DNA of 40,463 nt from Tubiluchus corallicola (Eukaryota > Animalia > Priapulida). A model generated the notes under the pieces. That model was not told the DNA's origin. It searched no databases and saw only the letters and a program-made list of their open reading frames with translations. Position 1 is the stretch's first letter. Each line of letters starts with the position of its first letter. The position numbers and the translations under genes were made by a program. The DNA lies in the NCBI GenBank assembly GCA_030141605.1, contig JAQGDQ010001450.1, positions 1 through 40,463 on the forward strand, read 5' to 3'. Positions 12,543 to 26,207 of the stretch are shown piece by piece.

Positions 12543-13223
12543 TAACTGGGTCGGCCGAAGGCTGTTACTATTGGATGTAGTATCTTGCAGTACTAATTTG
12601 ACACTTATTATGGTGCACTCATTGGTGGAAAACAATATCTATTTTTGTTGTACTTATTATTGCAGGTTTATCTATCGAAGTATTTTGTTTTTAGCTCTCT
12701 TTCATTGTTCCATGTAAGTGTGAAACTGGTATTACTTTGGCGCGAAATAAATCCCAAAACGCCAGTCGATCAGTTATTCATGTAATTAGATAATGTAAGA
12801 ATAAGATTTTTTTGATTGGCCTATGTCTGCAATATCAGACTCATATAGTAGCCTATAATTATATTATAGCTAGCGGTCTAGTAATTTTTGTTTCTTGTCA
12901 ATGCATGGATTTTGCCACATGCTTTTGGTACAGTAGTGTGAAAGAGAGCTTTTCATAAAAATTCTGTGTATTAAACTAATAAAAGAGCAATTTAGAGGCT
13001 GCATGTTTAGATGTGTGTACATACCTGAGATTTTCTAAGGGAATTAAGGATTAAGATTGTAAGGCCCGAAAAAACAGAATAAACTGAATATTGAATATAT
13101 TCAATTATTAAATTGGTATCAGGTTTTTCCTTGCTATTAACTGCAGACAACATTGAAAAGGATCATAGAGTGATAGAAAAAACAAACCAAGATTACGTAA
13201 TTTTTTCAATATTACACAAAGTC

Positions 13224-13229
13224 TTTATT
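13224..13229 (-). terminator. Candidate HSP70 polyadenylation signal AATAAA
   Basis: TTTATT on + strand ~245 nt past the stop, followed by T/GT-rich sequence on the minus strand. Confidence 0.5.
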
Positions 13230-13472
13230 TACAGACAAAACAACAATGAATGGTTAACACAAGTTATTACGTACAGCTGCCAAGTGAAGAGTATAAGTAG
13301 CATAAGTAGCAAAAAACTACAAGAGTGTAGTATTCTGAATAAATTACTTATTTACACAGTAATGTACACATAAAATTTTTTAATAGAACTTCTAGTACTC
13401 TTACATAAGTAAATGTATCAGTCAGTATACATGTATTTGGAAAAATAAAATTAATGCTCGAAATAATAATTT

Positions 13473-15422
13473 TTAGTCAACTTCTTCCACGGTTGGACCG
13501 GTCCATCTTCTACCACTGTTGGCTTGAGCTTGTTGCCCACATGTTCTTCCTGCATCTGGTGTAGGGCCTTGTGTCTGAGACGCTCCCTGATGCAACTTTG
13601 TCATGATTGGATTGCAAACGTGTTGCAGTTCTTCAAGTTTGTGTTCCAGCTCTTCCTTTTCTGCAAGCGTGTTAGAATCTAACCAAGTACACGTTTCATT
13701 GCATTTATTGATGACGGTGCTTTTATCATCCGAGGAAATTTTGCCTTCCAGCCCAGGTTCATTCACTGCTTGTTTGACGCTAAATAAGTAGCTTTCTAGT
13801 TTGTTCCTGGCTTCTATACGAATTCTATGTCTTTCGTCTTCAGCTTTGTACTTCTCTGCATCTGAGACCATCTTGTCTATGTCTTCCTTTGACAAGCGAG
13901 ACTTGTCATTGGAGATGGTGATCTTGTTAGACCGACCAGTGCTCGTATCTTTAGCAGAAACGTTCAGGATTCCATTGGCGTCGATATCAAATTCGACTTC
14001 GATCTTTGGCACTCCTCTTGGAGCTGGAGGAATTCCACTTAATTCAAATGTTCCTAACAGATTGTTGTCCTTTGTCATGGCACGTTCACCCTCAAAGACT
14101 TGAATCGTAACTCCTGGTTGATTGTCAGAATACGTAGTGAACGTCTGTTTAGCTTTGGTAGGTATTCGAGTGTTTCTTTCAATAAGCTTTGTCATAACTG
14201 CACCAGCCGTTTCTATACCTAGAGATAATGGAGCTACATCCACCAGTAGAACGTCTTTGATAGTGTCACTCCTGTCACCTTTCAATACTGCTCCTTGGAC
14301 AGCTGCACCATACGCTACTGCTTCATCTGGATTGATTGACTGATTGAGTTCTTTTCCACCAAAGTATTCTTTTAACAGTTTCTGAATTTTTGGAATACGA
14401 GTTGAGCCACCAACTAAGACAACATCATTAATAGCAAACTTGTCCATCTTTGAATCAAGAAGAGCTTTCTCAACTGGTTCTAATGTTGCCCTAAACAGAT
14501 CAGAGCAGAGTTCTTCAAATCTTGCTCTGGTGATCTTTGCGTAAAAGTCAATGCCTTCATGCAGGGAATCCACTTCAATGCAAGCTTCTGTGCTGCTAGA
14601 GAGTGTTCTCTTTGCTCTTTCGCAAGTAGTCCGAAGTCGTCGCATAGCTCTGTGGTTACCCGAAATGTCTTTCTTATGTCGCCTTTTGAATTCCTGCACA
14701 AAGTGCTGAACCAGCCTGTTGTCGAAATCCTCACCACCAAGATGTGTGTCGCCAGCTGTTGATCTCACTTCAAACATGGAACCTTCATCAATTGTCAAGA
14801 TGGAAACATCAAAAGTGCCGCCACCTAAATCAAAGATGAGTACATTCTTTTCTCCTTTCAAGTTTTTGTCAAGTCCATATGCCAGGGCAGCTGCAGTTGG
14901 CTCGTTGATGATCCTAAGTACGTTGAGTCCAGCTATCCGTCCTGCATCTTTTGTAGCCTGTCTTTGAGAATCATTGAAGTATGCTGGAACTGTTACTACT
15001 GCATCTGTCACCTTCTTGCCCAAATATGATTCGGCTGTTTCCTTCATTTTTGACAATACCATTGAGCTGATTTCTTCAGGTGTAAAAGTTTTTCTTTCTC
15101 CCATGTACTCAACTTCCATATTTGGCTTACCATTTCTGTTCACAACTTTAAATGGCCAGAGTTTCATATCAGATTGTACAGAACTTTCATCAAACCGTCG
15201 CCCGATTAATCTCTTGGCATCGAAGATGGAGTTCTGTGGATTCCTGGCTACCTGTTGTTTAGCCGCATCACCAATTAGCCTCTCTGTGTCTGTAAAAGCC
15301 ACGTAGCTTGGTGTTGTCCTGTTGCCTTGATCGTTGGCTATGATTTCCACTTTTCCTCCTTGAAACACTCCAACACAACTGTACGTTGTGCCGAGGTCAA
15401 TTCCTATTGCTGGAGCTGCCAT
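13473..15422 (-). CDS. HSP70: Cytosolic heat-inducible HSP70, intronless, 649 aa
   Basis: [36 protein letters not shown] signatures; ends GPTVEEVD; no GGMP repeats; ATG at 15422 (the ORF track start at 15428 is a GTG). Confidence 0.99.
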   Translation of the reverse strand: MAAPAIGIDLGTTYSCVGVFQGGKVEIIANDQGNRTTPSYVAFTDTERLIGDAAKQQVARNPQNSIFDAKRLIGRRFDESSVQSDMKLWPFKVVNRNGKPNMEVEYMGERKTFTPEEISSMVLSKMKETAESYLGKKVTDAVVTVPAYFNDSQRQATKDAGRIAGLNVLRIINEPTAAALAYGLDKNLKGEKNVLIFDLGGGTFDVSILTIDEGSMFEVRSTAGDTHLGGEDFDNRLVQHFVQEFKRRHKKDISGNHRAMRRLRTTCERAKRTLSSSTEACIEVDSLHEGIDFYAKITRARFEELCSDLFRATLEPVEKALLDSKMDKFAINDVVLVGGSTRIPKIQKLLKEYFGGKELNQSINPDEAVAYGAAVQGAVLKGDRSDTIKDVLLVDVAPLSLGIETAGAVMTKLIERNTRIPTKAKQTFTTYSDNQPGVTIQVFEGERAMTKDNNLLGTFELSGIPPAPRGVPKIEVEFDIDANGILNVSAKDTSTGRSNKITISNDKSRLSKEDIDKMVSDAEKYKAEDERHRIRIEARNKLESYLFSVKQAVNEPGLEGKISSDDKSTVINKCNETCTWLDSNTLAEKEELEHKLEELQHVCNPIMTKLHQGASQTQGPTPDAGRTCGQQAQANSGRRWTGPTVEEVD

Positions 15423-15589
15423 GTCCACGGTAGTCGATTATTGTTCCAATATATAACACTTGTGTAGTCACTGTAATCTAAATTCACAGAGAATAAATAT
15501 AAAACGCAATCTAGCGATTTTAAAGACTCGTATCGCTTGATGGTTGCTTTTCTGTGTATCAAAATCTGTCGTCTGAGCATTGCTCGGCG

Positions 15590-15597
15590 CTTATATA
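15590..15597 (-). promoter_or_regulatory. HSP70 TATA box (TATATAAG)
   Basis: ~170 nt upstream of the ATG and ~23 nt from the proximal HSE. Confidence 0.85.
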
Positions 15598-15619
15598 CTA
15601 TTTTGCCGCTTTGTAGCAA

Positions 15620-15762
15620 ATTCTAGAAGTTTCCACGCCTTTCTAGTAGCGCAAAGAAACCTCATGACTGAACCATCTTCGCGACACGCCTACACAGCTT
15701 GCAGGAGAACTTTCCAGAAGTTTCCACAGAAATTTCCCCGCCTCACCAGAATGTTCGAGAAA
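15620..15762. promoter_or_regulatory. Cluster of heat-shock elements
   Basis: aTTCt-aGAAg-tTTCc (15620-15634); aGAAc-tTTCc-aGAAg-tTTCc (15706-15725) plus aGAAa-tTTCc (15728-15737); aGAAt-gTTCg-aGAAa (15748-15762); CCAAT on the minus strand at ~15807-15811. Confidence 0.93.
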
Positions 15763-17554
15763 TATCATGAATGAACGCAGCGGTAAACACGCCCACTTCT
15801 GCAATGATTGGACAGCGCAATGGCAAATGGAGACCAAATATTGGAATGACGTTTAGGCACCAGGCATATCTAATCGAACTCATCAAGATTTTGTAAGACG
15901 CCGTAGTTCTTGTTTCTTTAACATGTTTAATTCTTTGTAGTCTATTATTTATTATTTATTTAACCCAGAAATGGTGCCTAGTTTTATTGCTGAATTAAAG
16001 GCTGTATTTTCCTGTCTTGATGGTAGATTTATTTTGGAAATGGGCTCATTTCGTGATGGGCTTTCAATGATTGTTCATTTCAACGAATTATATAAATGTA
16101 TAATCGTAGCCTTAGAAAAGAGACTACATGCCCAATTTGTTTTGTAAAAAGCGTTTCTGTAAGGTAGATATACACTCACACAGCGAAACACTATGTACAA
16201 GAGTGAAATGTACACAGTGGCCTCTATATGTGACCTCTTGAATCTGACAGAACAGATATTAAGTTTAACGTTAGAACTGTACCAATTCTTATAACTATTA
16301 TTAAAAGAGTATTTTTTGATCGTAAATTAATTCTCAACTGCTGTAAAATACTGAACTGCAGTCGGTACCTCGCCGATAAGGGCTAAACCTACCCAAGTTG
16401 GTTCGGTACCAGCACATGCAGATTCCAAGCAGTCTATAACTCTTTGACATCCATCCACGAAACAACAGAATGATGTGTGAGAAAAACGATACCTTTATTG
16501 GCAAATTACATGAAGTAGATTGAAAAATAATGATGAAATAAAGCTTGCACCGTCGTGGATTTATCTAACTGAACCAGTAAAACAGCAGAGAAGATTGCCT
16601 TTATACAGGCCAGATCCATAACTTGGCTTCAACAGAAACTTACATTTAGCGTGAAAGGGGTGTTCTGTACAATACTATGACTTATTACTGTTTTGCCTTT
16701 GACGAAAATTTGCATTTGTATTTTAATTTTTCTAATTCTAACCACAACAAATTTAATAATTTGTGCTTTGACTTATAAAAAGTATCTGTTTTTGTTTCTG
16801 TATAAACGTAATAATGAATTTTCGCTTGTTTGACCTTCTTTGATAAAGTTATGACGCAGCCCAATGATAAACATGTTTTCCATGTGTGTAAGATAACTTA
16901 CTCTGATCAGGCAAGATGTGATTTCTTTGTATGGTGGTGAGCTTAAAAGATGAATCTGTGTGATACCCTGCTCCATTATGAACGTCGTAGTAGCTGCCCT
17001 CGTTTACAGCGTGCACGGCGTAGGCTGCTCACTTAGATCATTGCTGCTTTTCAAAAGTTAAGCATTGCCAATTCTGACTAAAACTTGGTTTGGTTCTGGC
17101 TAACGTGTTGTCCAGGGATGGAAGTGGGCCAGTTGCCATTTTGTGTACTGTGATCAAATATTTTCTACCGACGTTATACAGCATACAGCTATAGACATTC
17201 ATAAGTTCACGTGACTTGTGGGATGGCTCCAAGAAAACGTCATGCCGTTGCCGTAGTAAATGAATCCTTGCGGCAACGACAAATACAATACAGAGAGTGG
17301 TCTTGTCTACAAACGGCCACGTAATGCATAAGATATTAGGGCTCTGCTGCGCTAGTATCGCCACTGATGCCTCCAACATTATTTTCAAGCCAGCAAAACT
17401 AATGAACCTAAATAGAGTAACTAACTTTTTCTGTTACAGCTAATTAACTCGTTATTTAAATCACACTTACAAAATTATTACTCATTTTTCTTTCATTTGA
17501 TGTTATTCTGTAATTTATAAATATTTTCAATTTATTCTTTTCTCAACCTCTAAG

Positions 17555-18036
17555 GCAAAACATGGACACACATACGAACAGAGCAATTACACATGCAAAA
17601 CATGGACACACATACGAACAGAGCAATTACACATGCAAAACATGGTCACACATACGAACAGAGCCATTACACATGCAAAACATGGTCACACATACGAACA
17701 GAGCAATTACACATGCAAAACATGGACACACAAACGAACAGAGCAATTACACATGCAAAACATGGACACACATACGAACAGAGCCATTACACATGCAAAA
17801 CATCGTCACACATACGAACAGAGCAATTACACATGCAAAACATGGACACACAAACGAACAGAGCAATTACACATGCAAAACATGGACACACATACGAACA
17901 GAGCCATTACACATGCAAAACATGGTCACACATACGAACAGAGCAATTACACATGCAAAACATGGACACACAAACGAACAGAGCAATTACACATGCAAAA
18001 CATGGACACGCATACAAACAGAGCAATTACACATGC
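17555..18036. repeat. 40-bp minisatellite x12 with 120-bp higher-order period
   Basis: Unit CATGGACACACATACGAACAGAGCAATTACACATGCAAAA. Confidence 0.98.
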
Positions 18037-18793
18037 TTTAGATGTGAAAGAAATCTACAAACACTTAAAATACTTTTAAAAAAGCCATTTATGCAAATTC
18101 TATTTTGCATGAAGCTGTTTGCAATAAATGTACATGAAAATTAAAATTCAACGAACGAAATTAGGATAATAAATTTATAATTCGACCTATATTTAATGAT
18201 TGTAAACATGCTTCTTTAAAATTAGTAGCTTAAAATGTTTAATATTATAGCCTAATACTTACACAAAACGAGGAAATTCGAGTATCAAATCTAAGATTGA
18301 ATTCGCATTTTATTACAAATGTAACTGTCAGTTTAATCAATTTCTAAAAATTCAGCTTGGCCCACAAACTATAGTATCAACGTAACCTCAATTCTAACAA
18401 TGTAAAGCTTCCCCACGTAGTTAGTGAGGCGTAAAAAAGGGAAGCCATATCAGTTCTTATTAATTAATAACTATTACACGCCTTGTGATTTTAGCAGCAA
18501 ATGTGTAGTAATAATTTCCCGGGGGTGACTAATCCACGGGTTTCATATACGCTTGGCTTTACACTGAACGATTACGCTGTAATAGCTGCGTGCTGTCAGA
18601 AAACTAAACGCTAAATATTTACAACCAAATTTGATATCTTCTCGGAATTCCTTTGTAAAGCAAAAAAATGTGTGACGTTTAAACAGTTTATCGTTCAAGA
18701 TCTATTTCAAGAAATGAAAAAACTTTCACCAAAATCAATAATTTTCTAATTGCAAAGGTGACGGTACAAATGTAATGGTGAAGTTGATAAGAT

Positions 18794-19437
18794 TGACAGC
18801 TATGAGAGAAAACTGGGGAATATGATGTCGCAGCGTCTGACAGCTATGAGAGAAAACTGGGAAAGATGTCGCAGCGTCTGACAGCTATGAGAGAAAAACT
18901 GGGAAAGATGATGTCGCAGCGTCTGACAGCTATGAGAGAAAACTGGGAAAGATGATGTCGCAGCGTCTGACAGCTATGAGAGAAAACTGGGAAAGATGAT
19001 GTCGCAACGTCTGACAGCCATGAGAGAAAACTGGGAAAGATGTCGCAGTGTCTGACAGCTATGAGAGAAAACTGGGAAAGATGTCGCAGCGTCTGACAGC
19101 TATGAGAGAAAACTGGGAAAGATGTCGCAGCGTCTGACAGCTATGAGAGAAAACTGGGAAAGATGTCGCAGCGTCTGACAGCTATGAGAGAAAACTGGGA
19201 AAGATGATGTCGCAGCGTCTGACAGCTATGAGAGAAAACTGGGAAAGATGATGTCGCAGCGTCTGACAGCTATGAGAGGAAACTTGGAAAGATGATGTCG
19301 CAGCGTCTGACAGCTATGAGAGAAAACTGGGAAAGATGATGTCGCAGCGTCTGACAGCTATGAGAGAAAACTGGGAAAGATGATGTCGCAGCGTCTGACA
19401 GCTATGAGAGAAAACTGGGAAAGATGATGTCGCAGCG
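18794..19437. repeat. 41/44-bp minisatellite, ~15 copies
   Basis: Unit TGACAGCTATGAGAGAAAACTGGGAAAGAT(GAT)GTCGCAGCGTC. Confidence 0.97.
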
Positions 19438-19631
19438 ATACCCTCATATTGATGAAAATTAATATGTTTCGTGATTCTATCTGCTATTTGTATGAAATGA
19501 AATTTCACGTTTTCACTACTGCTAGCAACAAACGTGAACTTCAAAAGACATTTTTTGTGTAATTCGTGATGCATGCTTTTGTATTTATTTTATTTATTTA
19601 TTTTAAGTGGATAGACATACAGTAATATTAC

Positions 19632-21018
19632 TGTAACGATCTGACGACTAGGGGTAGGTTGTTTGATCGAAGGTTGTCGCTGGGTAACAATTTGACTGGC
19701 CTGACCGAGCTAAAGAAAGGGGGACCAATCATCTACCTGTCAGCTCCAGACAGTGGCAAGCTTATAAGCAGTCTACGGGTTGCCTGTCTATTGAGCAGAG
19801 TGGTTCGGATGTGGGATGTGCAGTTTATTTTGCTAGAGTAATCTGTTTTACTCATTGTGATAATGCAAATGACAATGTGTAGGCAACTAATGCACAAACA
19901 ATCAATTGCATAAATTTAGTAGAAATAATTATTAAACAACAACAAAAAATATCAAACAACAAAATAAACAAAACACTTTAAGCCTGGGACTTACTATCAA
20001 ATCAATAAACTAACAAATAAGTTGACAAATAATGCACTACAGCTAAACCTAACTAAAAAGGGGTACCTATTTGCCTAACTACACGCCACCCCATATGATG
20101 TAGTCCTCGCTAGCGCTAGGATGATCAACCGGCATTATCTCACTTAGAAAATACACAATCGAGGTTGAGTAGGTCTACTAAATCTAACGTAGCGCGTCTC
20201 TACGATGAGGTAGCAGCTCACTGCCTCTTAATGTCACCACAAATTTCTTGAACAGCAAGGAGGTTAAGTCCAGCTTCCACGCAACTGCTAGCATCAGATA
20301 TGCTAATACTAAATTGTGCAACTTTCAGTCTCTGGGATGTTACCGTACTTCGACGAGGGGGTGCCTCGTCACCTCAAACATGGATCCGCCTCCCAACGGT
20401 TTGTCGGTACGCCCATAGCATTTCCCAACGATACAATTACAGCAATGAGACAAAGTCTTAATTGTCACCAAACTTTGTGGAAATCTCTACCACCAAAAAC
20501 ACCTGCCCTCTCAAGTTGTCCAATAGTTTCAGACCTCATGGACAAAGTCACCATACGTTATAACTGACTACTACTTACGTGGACAATACTACTTTCACGT
20601 CATACCAAACTACGTGCCGTATATGGAGTAAAGTTGCTGACCTCCTTTCGATACCTGCGAGAGTAGTAGTAAGCATAGGTATACGCTGGCTTCCTACAGC
20701 TGTCATTACAAGCGATTAAACTGGCCCTCCCGCAGTACTTACTAACCTTGGCTAGTGGCCATTATCGTTTACAGGCCATAGAAAAGATATTTTTAATGCT
20801 AATGTTATTTTACTTCCACATTTGAACAAAAGGTAGAATACATATTGAGATATGCACAGCATACAAGGGCCAAAAATGATTGGAGTTTGTGTTTTCTTTC
20901 CAAACTTTGCAACTGGGATGACCAACCAACTGACAGACTAACTGAACAAACACCACACTCACATGACGCAAACTCCTACACGAGTCTATTTATGTGAGAA
21001 ACTGAAATGGACGTTACA
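19632..21018. mobile_element. Solo LTR of an LTR retrotransposon (1387 bp)
   Basis: Termini TGTAACG...CGTTACA; exact 5-bp TSD ATTAC at 19627-19631 and 21019-21023; no gag/pol or internal direct repeat seen. Confidence 0.85.
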
Positions 21019-22737
21019 ATTACTAATCGGAGTTTTTCCACTGTCCAAAAAGTACATTTTAGTTGAGAACAGATATATGCAACTGGTTATCAAGAATATA
21101 GTTACATAGTTAGTTAGTTAAAAAACGCAAGTAATTCATTGGTTAAGACTTAAAATTGAAATATACAAAGCCCACAGAGTACAGAAGCGATACCAGAAAC
21201 ATTTATCAACGCACATCATCCTATTTGTTATACAAAAGTATGACTGATCAATAACTGATGTTTAATTCAAAAGTCTAAAGTTCAAAATGATGCAGGTTAC
21301 AGTTCAATACACAATTACACGTATTAATTAGCAAAACGTTTAATAGACTTTATATAGTTTTGGAACAATTTGAAGAGAATGTCACTGGATGGATGACCAG
21401 ATCTGAGTTTATGAAAAATGTCATTGTAAATAATAGCAGGTCTAGGGTTGGCGTGTAATTCTTCAGTTATGTGTCGATAATACCAGAGCTGATCTAATAA
21501 TAGTGTTCTGTGTATGTCATAGTTTGAACACTCAAAAATAATAGGTTTTTGTATAATAACATTTTTGTCTGAAAAATAAATTTGAAACCTTGAATACTTG
21601 ATACCCCATCTGACAACGTCATAGCAGCATAATTAATAGGCCTACGTTAGATGAACGGAAAAAAATTGGATAAATGACGAGAAATAATCTAGACATTAAA
21701 AATTATCATGTGCAAAAGTGAAAAATCACATGATAATTGTTGAATGAAGCAATGTAAGTTACTAATAGTCTGTTTGCGTATGATGGATAACTTGTGCGCA
21801 TGCAGTGTGTAGGTTTGGTATGTGTGAGCGTTTTTGACACGTCCTGTATCTGAATATGGCTGAAACGGCAGTTAAAGTTACCATCATTGAAAGTTTATTG
21901 TGGTGGGATTCAGTCCCTTTTAAACTGGTATCATGAGCATTTGTCCAGTGCTCTTTTATTTGAGCACCATATTAATAACTGACATATCGAGCATGTTCTT
22001 CAGTAGATGCTTGCTTTCAATACAAGCTTACATTCTCGATACATTCAACATGATTTCCCCAAGGACAGACGAATCGCTTGCAAAGACTCTTTTAGCCTTT
22101 AAACATGTCCATAAAACCTAAAAGTAATATCACCGTGTGAAAGCCAACGGTACATGAAAAGACTGTTGTAATAAATAATGCAATATGGCGGCTAAGTGAA
22201 GTTTGAAGATATTTAAGTATGATATATCAGTGTATGATATAAGGTGTGTCAGTTTTAGAATGATAGTCTTTTGTGATATACAGGTCTATATATTGTACCA
22301 CTGTTGAAGGTTATTCAAAATTTTACCAGGAAATTACAGCATACTCATTATTGAGCTGTGGAACAGAAAATACTAGAAATAATTTTCAGAAGCAGCTTTT
22401 GAATCGCTGCGTACACTCATGTAGACCGTCTGCAAAACTTTCTATTTGTACAATTTTCAAATTTGCAGTTGCAGTGAAAAGTTCAAAACTCCTTTTCGAA
22501 TTGTAGTTTTTATAATTGACACGATTTCACAATTGTTGCACAACCATTATAGAGCTTACAATACACTGTGTATCACGAATTGTGAACGAGTACATTGTAG
22601 GTCGTGACTGTGACGTGTGCACATTGGACATATTCGAGATTGGCGAATGAAGTTAATGAAATATTCAGTGAAGTACATAATCTTTTGCAGGTTGTAACAA
22701 CGAGTTAACAGTACAGCATAATTTGTTACATTAATTA

Positions 22738-23391
<654 letters not shown>

Positions 23392-23883
23392 AGAGGATTT
23401 ATTATACCCTCAATATTTAGTTTTGAAGCCTTATGGGTTTCGTACAGCCGCCAATCTTAAAAAATATGACCCGATACTCGAGGGATTCAGTTCGAACCAG
23501 GACCTCAAGCACATCTTGCAGACGTCAGACAAGACTGTTGATAAAATACCTGGATCTGGATCATCTCGATCTGCCTTCTGTCTTTTAGGATCCAATGTGG
23601 TCGATCAGGTAAATTTTTAGAACATTCAGTTTGATGGACAAAATCAGCCGGAGTTTTCGAGTACCTATTCCAACCATAACTTATGAAAGCCTATAATAAC
23701 CCTACTCCTGTCTCTCACACACTTATTTTCTTCGCGTGTGTAGCAGTTTACGAAAAGACAAAACCAGATCAGAGTCATCAGACCAATGAAAAGCAATCAT
23801 ATGTCATCTAATAAATTAATACCCTAGTTACCCACACAATTGTTGTCATCCTTTCTGCTTTTTTTCTTGCCTCAGTTAAGTGC

Positions 23884-23964
23884 TGAAATAATTTACCTCT
23901 TGATATCCGTAACTTTAACTCTTTAAACATCTTTAAATCTCGATTAAAGAATCACATGTTTTAA
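23884..23964 (+). mobile_element. LINE (L2/CR1-type) ORF2 C-terminal relic; may extend upstream
   Basis: *NNLPLDIRNFNSLNIFKSRLKNHMF* fits the WNxLPxxIRxxxSLxxFKxxLKxHLF end motif with W mutated to a stop. Confidence 0.6.
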
Positions 23965-24404
23965 TAAGCGGCCTATTTACTTTTCAAGTGATACTCGAAA
24001 TTCATCAGTACACCATATTAGAATGAGAGTTGGTTTTTGTCAACTTAATTATGATTTATACCTCAGAAAATGTAAAAATTACGAATTGTATCACCCTAGT
24101 ATCACCCAATTGTCAATGTGGTTCTGCTTATTCAAACAGTTGGTCATTACTTAATTAGCTGCCCTCTTTACCACCAGGCCAAACACGACTTATTTACAAA
24201 TCTCTGCTTTTGTTAGCTTTTAACATCAATGTTTACAGTCTTGCATCAAATGAACTTGTACGTCTTGTCCCTGAACGGGAAACACACGCTAGAAAATTCT
24301 GTGAACACTCAAATTTTTGTTTTAGTGCAGTCTTTTATTTCAAACACTAAGCGCTTTAAATAGTATTACTCTTGTCACATAGTAATGTTCATATTTATTG
24401 CAAC

Positions 24405-24509
24405 TTTTTTGTACATTGTGGTCACCATTGTTCTGCATTTTTTTTGTACATTGTGGTCACCATTGTTCTGCATTTTTTTGTACATTGTGGTCACCATTGT
24501 TCTGCATTT
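24405..24509. repeat. 34/35-bp tandem repeat x3
   Basis: TTTTTGTACATTGTGGTCACCATTGTTCTGCA. Confidence 0.92.
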
Positions 24510-25581
24510 GTCTCTAGCGTTTCGCTCCCACTAGGGGAGAACATGTATCACTTGTAAAACTGGCTGTTTCAAACTTAGCACATGTTACATCTTCGATAAA
24601 TTATGTTTAAACCTATTGTTACTTCATACAAAAGTTGCCGTACGCGTGCAAATTTCTGAGGCAAGTGTGCTGCACACAGATTTTTTTCCGTGCACAACTA
24701 CTAATAACGTGAACGCTTGTTAACTATGCTATTATACAGATCGCTAAATACACGTAACCAGTTGATCCAACATCGAATGTGATTAGTCGTGGGAAATAGC
24801 GTGTTTGCATAATGTAAACTGAATGTGCATAACACGTAAGTCATTACTCTCTATACACACACATATAGAGATAATAGTGTAGCAACATTGTAGATTACAT
24901 CTGTGTTAAATCTAGCGAACATTGTGAGAAATGGGAGATACCAATTGGGGCACACAAGTGAGGGACGGGGGGATACAATGAAGGAGTTGGTCCCTGACTC
25001 CCTAGCGTCACAAAATTTCCAACACGCACTGGTGGGCCATGATGTTTTTTGCATAAAAACCAACTGGATCACGAATCAAAAATGGTTGAAAGTCATGGCG
25101 CTTCTAGATGAACACGAACCGGCAATGACCGAAGATGTTTTTTGGTAAATTTTAAAATATGAACTTGCTACCATTTTCAGACATCTTCTTGCTCACCAAA
25201 AGCAATAAGAATTAAGATATAATTTGAAAAGCTGGAAAGACGAAAGATTTTTTCGTTTCCTCAAAGTTGCTACACTCATGGTAAACACTGTTGTTGAAAA
25301 TTGTAGAAAAGTAAAAAAATGCTAAAAGAAAAAATAAATCGCAAAATATTGTCAGCACTGTTTTACTTTATTTATTTATTTATTTTTATTTGGTTATTTA
25401 TCTTCATATAAGCCACGCCTATATGTTATGTATAAGAAGTTGCAGACAAACACTATCAGTTCGTTTGTATATGTATGGGCTGCGCTAACATTAGTTTTTT
25501 ACGGTCAGTTACTTGTGCTAATTAACTTTATTCAGTGCAATTTTTAGTTGCTGGTAACACCGGCGTCATAACAGTGCATAG

Positions 25582-26207
25582 CGTGTGACATCTACTGAGA
25601 AGTGACATGTACGTGTGACATCTACTGAGAAGTGACATGTACGTGTGACATCTACTGAGAAGTGACATCTACGTGTGACATCTACTGAGAAGTGACATGT
25701 ACGTGTGACATCTACTGAGAAGTGACATCTACGTGTGACATCTACTGAGAAGTGACATGTACGTGTGACATCTACTGAGAAGTGACATCTACGTGTGACA
25801 TCTACTGAGAAGTGACATGTACGTGTGACATCTGCGTGTGGCATCTACTGAGAAGTGACATCTACGTTTGACATCTGCGTGTGACATCTACTGAGAAGTG
25901 ACATCTACGTGTGACATCTACTGAGAAGTGACATCTACGTGTGACATTTACTGAGAAGTGACATGTACGTGTGACATCTACTGAGAAGTGACATGTACGT
26001 GTGACATCTGCGTGTGGCATTTACTGAGAAGTGACATCTACGTGTGACATCTACTGAGAAGTGACATCTACGTGTGACATCTATGTGTGACATCTACTGA
26101 GAAGTGACATGTACGTGTGACATCTGCGTGTGACATCTACTGAGAAGTGACATCTATGTGTGGCATCTACTGAGAAGTGACATGTACGTGTGACATCTAC
26201 TGAGAAG
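25582..26207. repeat. 30-bp modular minisatellite (13-bp + 17-bp subunits)
   Basis: ACGTGTGACATCTACTGAGAAGTGACATST; extra 13-bp modules in the distal half. Confidence 0.97.

Noticed and set aside
13603-15306. Series of + strand ORFs antisense to HSP70
   Set aside because: Fragmented antisense shadows, a known artefact of HSP70 codon usage
17555-19437. CRISPR-like appearance and long ORFs in the 40-bp and 44-bp arrays
   Set aside because: No unique spacers or cas genes, eukaryotic context; the ORFs are repeat translations
21060-22140. Possible decayed retroelement
   Set aside because: No diagnostic RT motif could be read
24876-25276. 11-bp inverted pair AGTGTAGCAAC / GTTGCTACACT
   Set aside because: Possible MITE relic, but no TSD and the match is too short
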